From: a virus | Taxonomy: Duplodnaviria > Heunggongvirae > Uroviricota > Caudoviricetes | Reading direction: 5' to 3' (one strand) | IMG/VR virus record: IMGVR_UViG_3300036860_000563 | Location: 64,001 to 94,290 of that record | Length of the DNA stretch: 30,290 nucleotides | Shown here: positions 16,514 to 23,687 of the stretch, piece by piece | Position numbering within the stretch: position 1 is the first letter of the stretch | How the letters are laid out: each line of letters starts with the position of its first letter | Program-made: the position numbers and the translations under genes | The notes under the pieces: generated by a model | Databases searched by the model: none | What the model was told of the DNA's origin: nothing | The model's input: only the letters and a program-made list of their open reading frames with translations

Positions 16514-17482
16514 TCACGAGACTCTACTGAGCAGCCGAGCCGTGATCCTATTGATCGTGCTGTGAGTCTGGCCCTGGAGCGCACCGACGAAGCGTGACTC
16601 CGGTGAGCCACCCGAGCGACCCCAGTCGAAGTACTCGGACGCCGCGTTGATGAGACCCCAGCCGGTGAAGTCAAAGCCGACGGTCGGTGACGTGTGCCAC
16701 GCGGTGAGGATGGTCTCGATCTTCTCGGCGCGCTTAGGACGGTCGGGCAACACGGCCTCGAGTGTGTTGCGCGCGACCGCGTCGGTGACCTTCAACCCGG
16801 CGAGCCGCTGGGCGTTGTCCGCGAAGCGCTTCGCGTAGGCGCCGAGGTTGCCCAGGGACGTCTTCGCCTCGGCGAGCTTGGCGTGCATGGAGCCGGTGTG
16901 AGTGATGCGCCACCGGTGAGGCACACCCGTGGAGAACGACTGGAGGGTCAGTTGGTTCATGCACCGGTGACGAAGTGGCATCGCGGACACCTCGACGGCG
17001 CGCGTGCAATCGTGTGACGTACGCATGACGAAGAACAACTCGTGTGGGTCGGTGTCGCCCAGCACAGTCATCTTCTCGGGTGCGCGCACCACCATGAAGC
17101 CCTGCTTGCCGCCCTTCAACGCACCGGCGGCCACGTACGTTGGTGAGATCCCGTCCATGAAGTCGAACGCCTCACCGTACTGAAGCACCGGGTAGGCCTG
17201 TGACACGATGCCCAGTGGAAGGCCTGTGTCATCACGCACGACGGCGCGCCGGTTGGCGACGCGCGTCATGACCGGTGTGGCGCCGGGTTCCGTCGACGTC
17301 TTCACCCCGTAGAAGATCGGATGCAGACTAACAGTGAAGTTGAGCCCACCGGCCTCGGCGGCCTCGGCGGCCGTCAACGGCTCATCTACGAGCTTGCCGA
17401 GCTTCATCCACGGGACCTCCCGCTGGGAGACCATCGTCGCGGACTGGTCGTTGGTGTCGAGTGTAACCACGGGTGTGGTCAT
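16514..17482 (-). CDS. DUF932-family (phage/plasmid TIGR03299-like) protein
   Basis: SD GAGGAG (17491-17496). Motifs 'VPW..LG....LTA.EA....GLNF.V', 'LGIVS..Y..LQY.EAF.F.D', 'TSHDCT', 'R..C.NQL' and 'WGL.NA..EY.DW'. Confidence 0.8.
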   Translation of the reverse strand: MTTPVVTLDTNDQSATMVSQREVPWMKLGKLVDEPLTAAEAAEAGGLNFTVSLHPIFYGVKTSTEPGATPVMTRVANRRAVVRDDTGLPLGIVSQAYPVLQYGEAFDFMDGISPTYVAAGALKGGKQGFMVVRAPEKMTVLGDTDPHELFFVMRTSHDCTRAVEVSAMPLRHRCMNQLTLQSFSTGVPHRWRITHTGSMHAKLAEAKTSLGNLGAYAKRFADNAQRLAGLKVTDAVARNTLEAVLPDRPKRAEKIETILTAWHTSPTVGFDFTGWGLINAASEYFDWGRSGGSPESRFVGALQGQTHSTINRITARLLSRVS

Positions 17483-17525
17483 TGATCGCTCTCCTCATCA
17501 CTAGGTCACTTTAGCTTCTATCGCT

Positions 17526-17536
17526 ATCATATCATA
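17526..17536 (-). promoter_or_regulatory. Candidate sigma-A promoter (overlapping TATGAT hexamers, one TGn-extended) for DUF932 gene
   Basis: The minus strand reads ...TTGCCG-19nt-TATGATATGAT... within an AT-rich intergenic stretch. Confidence 0.4.
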
Positions 17537-17589
17537 CTTGCATCACCGAGTACACCGGCAACCACAAGATTTTTTGAACGAGATGAACC

Positions 17590-17937
17590 CTAGTCGGTGA
17601 TCCCGGAGCTGTGGATCATCTTCTGGATCTTAGAGCCACGGAGCAGCCCAAAGTACAGTCCAACGGCTACGATGAAGTTCATGATCGTGGTGTAGAGCGC
17701 GCGTGTGACGTCAAAGTTCGGATCACCGTGACCGGCGATCACGGCCTCCACGAACGTCTTCACGAACGCGAGACCGAGCAACACCCACCCCTTGGTGGCG
17801 GAGCTCCAGCTCTGCTTAGAGAGAAAACCAGCGGCGAGTGGTAAGAGTACGAGCAACGTGAAGCTGAGCAGCCCGCGCGGGCTCGGCTCGAAGAGGTACG
17901 TCGGGAGCGTTGGAACGTCGATCACAGCGATCATCAC
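17590..17937 (-). CDS. Putative holin (3 hydrophobic segments)
   Basis: Hydrophobic stretches, a 'WSSATKGWVLLGL' motif and a basic C-terminus; last gene of the lysis cassette. Confidence 0.55.
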   Translation of the reverse strand: MMIAVIDVPTLPTYLFEPSPRGLLSFTLLVLLPLAAGFLSKQSWSSATKGWVLLGLAFVKTFVEAVIAGHGDPNFDVTRALYTTIMNFIVAVGLYFGLLRGSKIQKMIHSSGITD

Positions 17938-17957
17938 CTCGTGGTCCGCAACTCTTC

Positions 17958-18242
17958 TTACGTTCTAGGCGGTGTGCGACGTGCGTGCCAGAGCAGCACT
18001 AGCCGGTGCAGCACGACCACGTCGATGAGCCCGTAGCCAACGGCGAACGCCCACAGTGGCACACGAACTCCGGCTCCCACCGCCAGCAGCGTGCCAGCCT
18101 CAGCGGCCATGACCAGGGATACGGCCATCATGTGACGTCCGGCGGGAGTTCGTAACCACGGTGAGCGAACGTAGACACCGACGAACGCAACACCGGCGAG
18201 CGCGGCCACGGCGAGTTCAACGAGAATCAAGTTCAGCATCAC
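17958..18242 (-). CDS. Small multi-TM membrane protein of lysis cassette
   Basis: Three hydrophobic segments and 'PW.RTPAGRHMM', common beside actinophage lysins. Confidence 0.55.
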   Translation of the reverse strand: MMLNLILVELAVAALAGVAFVGVYVRSPWLRTPAGRHMMAVSLVMAAEAGTLLAVGAGVRVPLWAFAVGYGLIDVVVLHRLVLLWHARRTPPRT

Positions 18243-18448
18243 TAACCCGCTCCTGGACGTGACTGATGATGCCTACGCAGTGCCTCGTCGATCCACGTCG
18301 CAAGTTGATCGGTGGCCTCGTTGACCGCGCGCTGCTGACGTCGAGTTTCTTCCAGCCGGTGGTGAGCTGCCACTCGTGCTCTCGCGGCGACGTCTTCGTC
18401 GTGCTGAGCTGTGCTACGGCGCCGCCACGGTCGCCACGACCACTTCAT
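18242..18448 (-). CDS. Small basic helical protein of lysis cassette
   Basis: Tightly packed between its neighbours, with a one-base overlap at 18242. Starts MKWSWRPWRRR. Confidence 0.5.
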   Translation of the reverse strand: MKWSWRPWRRRSTAQHDEDVAARARVAAHHRLEETRRQQRAVNEATDQLATWIDEALRRHHQSRPGAG

Positions 18449-18449
18449 C

Positions 18450-18683
18450 TTATCTGGACACCTCTCTCGGTATCGCCGCTAAGATCTTGCTGATCTGCTC
18501 GTCGCGGATCCGGCCGCGTTCCACCTCCGCCACGTACGCGCCGTGCCAGTCACTACAGATTCGTTCGATGCGATTCAGCGTCGCGCGGGGTACGAGTCGC
18601 CCGGTGTACACCATCATGGCGACCGCGGCGAGCACGGCGACGGCACCACCCTGCAGCCACGACCACGGCACCACCAGGTTCAT
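18450..18683 (-). CDS. Single-TM membrane protein of lysis cassette
   Basis: An N-terminal TM helix is followed by 'TGRLVPR.T....WH.AY', typical of actinophage lysin-adjacent proteins. Confidence 0.6.
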   Translation of the reverse strand: MNLVVPWSWLQGGAVAVLAAVAMMVYTGRLVPRATLNRIERICSDWHGAYVAEVERGRIRDEQISKILAAIPREVSR

Positions 18684-18692
18684 CGTAAGCTC

Positions 18693-19763
18693 TCACCCAC
18701 TGGGCGTGTTGTCGAGTCCACCGAGCACGGTGCGAATCGCTGTGGTGGCCGCCGCCTCGACGTCAACCCGCGTCAGCGTGCCCTCGGGTAGGTGAGTCAA
18801 GATCGCCGCGACCAGGTCGTCGGACGCGGCGAGCACCCCGGACTCGGCACCGGTGTGCGCCGCCTCGGTGATCGCGGCCAGCTCGGTGGGGCTGACGTCA
18901 ACCTTCGCGGCGATCGCTCGCAGCATGTCCCACAGCGGGTTGCCGACGTCCACCCGAGCGCCGGGCTGCTCGTTGGGGTACAGTGCGGCACGCGCACCGG
19001 TCAGCACTGACCAACCAAACATAAGATCGTTCGCGGTCTGCTCGGCGGTCATGTCGTCTCCTCCGGTGAGTTGTGAGATCAGTCGTGAGAGCGTCCCACG
19101 GTACGCGTTGCAGTCGGTGGCACCGGTGGCGCCGGGCACGTAGCCGTGAGATGTGAACTGCCAGAGTGTGGGAGTGACGTTACCGTACCCAGCCCAACCC
19201 GCCCCGGCGTCGCCGCCGCTGAGAGAGTAGAGCGACGCGTAGTCGGCGGTGGTGTCGCCGAGTGGGTACCTCGATGAGACGAGTGGGCCACGTAGGACGC
19301 GCAGGTCGGGTTTCCCCAGGTAGTCCGACCAGTTCCAGTGGGGTAGGTACACGGCGAGTGGTCGGTCGTCGACCGCGGCCCAGTGGTCGTCGAACTCACG
19401 TACGTCATCCCAGCGGGGCCACAGGCCCGCGGTCACCAGCTCCGAGTAGCGTTCGACGTCGAGCATCGCCCACTCGGCGCCGACGGCGTCGAGCTCACGC
19501 TTAAACCAGCCCACCTGGCGCACGATGGACGGGCCGTCACCACGGGTGAGGTTGTGGTACCCACCGACCGTGAGGCCCGCGACGCGCGCCGAGCCGGCCA
19601 TGTCGGCGAAGTGACGAGTTGACCGGTACCAGCCGGCCGGGTCACCGTACGTCGCGCGTACACACGCCACCTGAACTCCGGCGGCCCTCACCGCGCGCCA
19701 GTCGAGGTTACCGCCACGTCGGTCCCAGTCATGGTGACTAACGTCGACCGTGAACACCGTCAC
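18693..19763 (-). CDS. Endolysin, GH25 muramidase
   Basis: The start was re-called to GTG 19763 (GAGGAA 9 nt upstream). Motifs 'VDVSHH', 'RATYG', 'GGYH', 'MLDVE', 'VYL', 'WQFTS' and 'DCNAY', followed by a ~120-aa C-terminal domain. Confidence 0.85.
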   Translation of the reverse strand: MTVFTVDVSHHDWDRRGGNLDWRAVRAAGVQVACVRATYGDPAGWYRSTRHFADMAGSARVAGLTVGGYHNLTRGDGPSIVRQVGWFKRELDAVGAEWAMLDVERYSELVTAGLWPRWDDVREFDDHWAAVDDRPLAVYLPHWNWSDYLGKPDLRVLRGPLVSSRYPLGDTTADYASLYSLSGGDAGAGWAGYGNVTPTLWQFTSHGYVPGATGATDCNAYRGTLSRLISQLTGGDDMTAEQTANDLMFGWSVLTGARAALYPNEQPGARVDVGNPLWDMLRAIAAKVDVSPTELAAITEAAHTGAESGVLAASDDLVAAILTHLPEGTLTRVDVEAAATTAIRTVLGGLDNTPSG

Positions 19764-19863
19764 ACTCTCACGTTCCTCTCGCCTAACCACGACACCGACC
19801 TCACACCATACTGCGTGAAGCCGGTGCCGTGACTCGATCTGTGACGTAAAGAGAGTGGTGACC

Positions 19864-20109
19864 TCAGCCCGTCAAGACCTGCGCCCAGATGTGGCCGTTG
19901 AGACCCTCACCGCTCTGGCGAGTTACACGGCCGTCACGCTTCAGCCGGTAGAGTGACAGGTACACCTGGTTCGCTGTGAGCTGCGTGGCCTCGACGAGTC
20001 CCGGTTTGGTCTTCGGCTCGGCGAGCGCACCGTACACGAGCTCGTCGCGGTCGATGGTCTCTTGCGGTCGCGGCCGGCCCTTACGTCCCTCTACCGCCGT
20101 CTCCGTCAT
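19864..20109 (-). CDS. Small winged-HTH-like DNA-binding protein
   Basis: 'RPRP..TI.RD..V...L......L......T..QVY.SL.RL...GRV'; SD GAGGGAG upstream. Confidence 0.55.
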   Translation of the reverse strand: MTETAVEGRKGRPRPQETIDRDELVYGALAEPKTKPGLVEATQLTANQVYLSLYRLKRDGRVTRQSGEGLNGHIWAQVLTG

Positions 20110-20168
20110 GGTGAACTTTCTCCCTCGTTTGACTACGTGTGTATGTGTTCAGTGATGCAGCGCCGTGT

Positions 20169-21428
20169 TCATTGTATCATAAACTTTCGCCAGGCGTTTG
20201 TGACGTTGACGCACCACTCCCGCTCACCGATCGCGTCACCACGCCACGCACCGGGCTCACCGTCGAGCGCCCGGTAAACCCACTCACCGATCCAGCGACC
20301 GCACTGCACGGAGATTCCCTTGCCCCAGGTCGCCGACAGTCCCGACACCCCGCGCAGTGGTGCGATCTTCCAGTCATCTGGAAAGCCGAGCACGCGGGCG
20401 GCCTCACGGTGAGTGATCATTCGGTCGAGCCAGGGGTGAACCACCGTCACGAGTGAGCCACCCGTGATGACGCGCGCCGCACACTCGCCGTCCCAGCGCA
20501 CGGGAGTGGTGAAACCCATGCGAAACTCGTTCTTTACGATCTTCTCCTCGGTGGCCTGGAACGAGTCCGGCAGCCGGGCGTTGTCATCGTAGAACCGATG
20601 TGCGACGGTGGAGATGGACTCACCGGGGCGCCACTCCACACCACGGAGCAGGTCACCGACGCGACGCGTTAGGGGGGTGTGCAGCCCGACGTGACCGTCC
20701 ACCACACCACTAGGTGACCGCAGCGGCTCGGCCCAGCGGCTCGCGGGCGCGCGGTACGACTGGGCACCCCACGACTCACCCAGCGGTGCTAGGTCACTAA
20801 TGACGTCGTTGAGCGCCGGCAGACGCCGAGGCTCGGGTGGTTCGATCCCGAACGGCACACGTGAGATGAGCCAGAAGTAGCGTCGCCGCTGGGCGGCACC
20901 GCCCACCGAGTACGCGTTGTGAAGCACGTGATGTAGGTCCCACCGGTGACCGGTGCGCTCCTCGACGCGCGCGCGCAGCCGGCGCATGAGCTCGAGACCG
21001 TCCGGTTTGGTGAACGCTTGTTGGACGCTTTCAAATGCTATGATGTACGGATCGCATTTGATGGCGTAGTCGACGAACGCCCACGTGCAACCGAGGATGC
21101 TGGACTCAGCACCACGAAAGTCTTTTGCGCTCATTACACTCCACGCACTGCAGGGCGGGTTTCCCACAACTACATCGGCTCGTACCGGTGTCCACGCCTC
21201 GTGTGGAACTGCCTCGTAGGTCCAGTTTTTACCGAGCACGTGTCGGTTAGTGAGACAGCTGGATAGTCCGAACCCACCCTTCATCTCGGCACGGTGAATG
21301 AGACGAAATCCGGCCTGCACCATGCCGGTGTCGAAGCCACCGGCGAACGTCTGACATCCTACGTAAGTATACAACGTTATCGCCGCTTTTAGCTCTGCGT
21401 AACGCCGCACTTGTGACGACTTACCCAC
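20169..21428 (-). CDS. DNA cytosine-C5 methyltransferase-fold protein with divergent motif I (start uncertain)
   Basis: Motif IV 'VVVGNPPCSAWS', VI 'FESV', VIII 'AQRRRRYF', IX 'RMITHREAARVLGFPDDW' and X 'WGKGIS'. Motif I reads GCQTFAGGFDTG rather than DLFxGxGG. Confidence 0.85.
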   Translation of the reverse strand: MGKSSQVRRYAELKAAITLYTYVGCQTFAGGFDTGMVQAGFRLIHRAEMKGGFGLSSCLTNRHVLGKNWTYEAVPHEAWTPVRADVVVGNPPCSAWSVMSAKDFRGAESSILGCTWAFVDYAIKCDPYIIAFESVQQAFTKPDGLELMRRLRARVEERTGHRWDLHHVLHNAYSVGGAAQRRRYFWLISRVPFGIEPPEPRRLPALNDVISDLAPLGESWGAQSYRAPASRWAEPLRSPSGVVDGHVGLHTPLTRRVGDLLRGVEWRPGESISTVAHRFYDDNARLPDSFQATEEKIVKNEFRMGFTTPVRWDGECAARVITGGSLVTVVHPWLDRMITHREAARVLGFPDDWKIAPLRGVSGLSATWGKGISVQCGRWIGEWVYRALDGEPGAWRGDAIGEREWCVNVTNAWRKFMIQ

Positions 21429-21865
21429 GTGGGGCTTGACGTAAATTCACACCATTGACACGTCTTACGTGTGAGTTGTGCTACACGAACCGCGTCTCTT
21501 ACGCGCTGTGGTCTCTGTTTGCCGTACATAGGATTAAGTACGCCGGGACTCCCCTTCTTTGCGTTAACTTCTTGAGAGAACTTCATACCGTTTGTCGGAG
21601 ATGGTCGATCCTTATAATTTACATGACGACGTCGAAGTTCGTCAGCGTCAGGTGCGTGATGTCGTTGATGACACCTAACATGTGTCATCACTACATTGCT
21701 AGGTGCGTCGTTCACCGCGTTATCATCTACGTGATGAACGTTACCGTCCCACTTTTCATGACCTATGACGGTAACTTTATCACCACAGAAAAAGCAAGAC
21801 CATGGTCCACTGTCGTGTGTCTCGTAGAACACATTCATCGTTCGTCGATGATTACGCGAACCCAT
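21389..21865 (-). CDS. HNH endonuclease with NUMOD3-like motif
   Basis: 'CFFCG...VHHVDDNAVNDAPSNVVMTHVRCHQRHH' and 'NPMYGKQRP'. It is more A+T-rich than its neighbours. Confidence 0.75.
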   Translation of the reverse strand: MGSRNHRRTMNVFYETHDSGPWSCFFCGDKVTVIGHEKWDGNVHHVDDNAVNDAPSNVVMTHVRCHQRHHAPDADELRRRHVNYKDRPSPTNGMKFSQEVNAKKGSPGVLNPMYGKQRPQRVRDAVRVAQLTRKTCQWCEFTSSPTWVSRHKCGVTQS

Positions 21866-21901
21866 GGTTAAATCTACTAGGATCTAAGACTGAGGGTCAG
21901 G

Positions 21902-22219
21902 TCAGTCTCTAAGGTATGGCCACACAACGTCGAACGAAAGACTCACACCACACGGACCACAGAACACCTTCTCGATACCACCGTGCGGTGAGTTGGCCTC
22001 GAGATCCGCGCTCTCAATGTCCGCGAGACAGCTAACAGTGTGTAAGACACCGAGCGCCGGATCGGCCGTTAGAGTGACAGCGTCGAGAACCGATGTGCTG
22101 AACGGCTCGAACAACTAGCGTGACGTTACGTCACAGTCAAGTGAGATGAGTGAGTACACCAGCTCATCAACTACTCGTTCACGCGCATCAAAACGCGTGG
22201 CGACGTAGGTGCGTATCAT
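21902..22219 (-). pseudogene. 105-codon ORF interrupted by a single in-frame TAG (22115-22117)
   Basis: ATG 22219 overlaps the dUTPase stop (ATGA). There are 34 codons, then TAG, then in the same frame the 70-aa ORF 21902-22114, whose TTG start lacks an SD. Confidence 0.45.
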
Positions 22220-22755
22220 ATCTTTGAATCACCGTTCAGCGAGTTGACGACGTCAAGCTCGAGCGGATGTGAGCACGGGCCGCACCACGCACCGACGAGT
22301 ACACCACTGAGCGATGACCGGGTCTTGATGACGTTGACGTCGTCGAGGGCGCGGCCACAGCCCGGGCACTTCGTCGAGTGACCGTCATAACCGTGACGCT
22401 GCCGAGCGACGTTAGCAGCGCGCTTCGCGTAGTACGTGTCGACGAACCTCACCGCGAGCTCGTCGGCTGTGTCACCTGGGTACGCCGCCCACGCGACGTT
22501 CATGATGAAGTGCCACGCGTCCACGAGCTCGTGAAGTAACCGGTCCGAGTGAACCGCACGCTCACCGATCGTCCACGACTTCCACGTCGTCTCGTCGAGC
22601 GCCTCGTGCAGCTCGTGAACCGCGGCGAGCACCATCTCTTTCACGTACGAGACGCGCTGATCGATCGTCATACTCGCAAACTCGTAGCCGAGTGTGTTTT
22701 CCTGCAGCTCCCGCTGGGCGGCCAACATCTCGGTGAGCTCACCAGGCCAAGGCAC
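22216..22755 (-). CDS. All-alpha dimeric dUTPase/MazG-like NTP pyrophosphatase with C-terminal CxxC..CxxC (alternative start 22773)
   Basis: 'ML..QRELQ', 'ELHEALDETTWKSW', 'ELVDAWHF' and 'Y.AK...N.ARQ..GY', followed by CPGC...CGPC. Confidence 0.8.
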   Translation of the reverse strand: MPWPGELTEMLAAQRELQENTLGYEFASMTIDQRVSYVKEMVLAAVHELHEALDETTWKSWTIGERAVHSDRLLHELVDAWHFIMNVAWAAYPGDTADELAVRFVDTYYAKRAANVARQRHGYDGHSTKCPGCGRALDDVNVIKTRSSLSGVLVGAWCGPCSHPLELDVVNSLNGDSKI

Positions 22756-23686
22756 GACGCACGCCCTTCTCAATCGAGATCTTCGCGGTGTGAAGCTCGT
22801 TCATGATCGTCGGGTCACCAACGCGGTGGGTTACACCCAGTGGTTGATCGGGGTCGACGAGCGTCACCGGCGCGTAGTCGACCTCCCGCTGGACGAGCAG
22901 TGCGAGGTCAAGTAGTGACGTACCGACCCCGGTGCACAGGTTGACCGGGCGACACTCATCGGCGTCGACGACCGCGAGCGCACCGTTCACCAGGTCAGAG
23001 ACGTGAATAAAGTCACGGGTCTGGTCAGCGCGTCCCCAGATCGTAAACGGATCTTCACGTCGGCGCGCTCGCTCCACGAACGCGCGAAACGGAAAGTTCT
23101 CCGACTGATCCTCACCGTAGCCGGAGAACGGTCGTACGATGTGAACCGGTAACCCGTTCCGCTGGGCGATGACCGCCTGCAACTCACCTACGTACTTCGT
23201 CCACCCGTACGTCCGGTCGGGCACCCGCACCGGTGAGTCATCGAGCGCGTCGGCGAGGTCGACGTACGCGTCAACCTCATGCAGCCTGGTGTCGATGAAC
23301 TCGTCGGTCTGCAGCGCCACCGGGTAGATCGCCGATGACGAGACGTAGAGTAGTCGCCGCTGGTGTGTGTACATCGCCCAGGAGAAGATCGCCGCGTCCA
23401 GTGCGACGTTGTATGAGAAGTTAGCGTTCACGGCGTCGATCGCGGCCCGGTGCGGCTCGCGTGCGGCGCAGTGAACGACGAGATCGAACACGGTGCTGGT
23501 GTTTACACGGCAGAAGTTGTGAGCATCCTGCATCACGTGAATTCGACTCACGTGGTTGGGAAACCAAGAAACGTCAACCCGTTCGAGGTCCACCGAGGTG
23601 ACGAACCAACCACGACGCTCTAGCTCGTCACTAAAGTGTCGACCGAGGAAACCGGCACCACCGGTAACGAGTGCGGTCTTAGTCAT
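22739..23686 (-). CDS. NAD-dependent NDP-sugar epimerase/dehydratase (extended SDR)
   Basis: The start was re-called to ATG 23686. Motifs 'ALVTGGAGFLG', 'VVHCAA', 'YVSSSAIY', 'YGWTK', 'RPFSGYG' and 'QTRDFIHVSD'. Confidence 0.9.
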   Translation of the reverse strand: MTKTALVTGGAGFLGRHFSDELERRGWFVTSVDLERVDVSWFPNHVSRIHVMQDAHNFCRVNTSTVFDLVVHCAAREPHRAAIDAVNANFSYNVALDAAIFSWAMYTHQRRLLYVSSSAIYPVALQTDEFIDTRLHEVDAYVDLADALDDSPVRVPDRTYGWTKYVGELQAVIAQRNGLPVHIVRPFSGYGEDQSENFPFRAFVERARRREDPFTIWGRADQTRDFIHVSDLVNGALAVVDADECRPVNLCTGVGTSLLDLALLVQREVDYAPVTLVDPDQPLGVTHRVGDPTIMNELHTAKISIEKGVRRALAW

Positions 23687-23687
23687 G

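Noticed and set aside
21455-21871. 138-aa plus-strand ORF opposite the second HNH
   Set aside because: It is antisense to a motif-bearing HNH ORF and has no recognisable domain.
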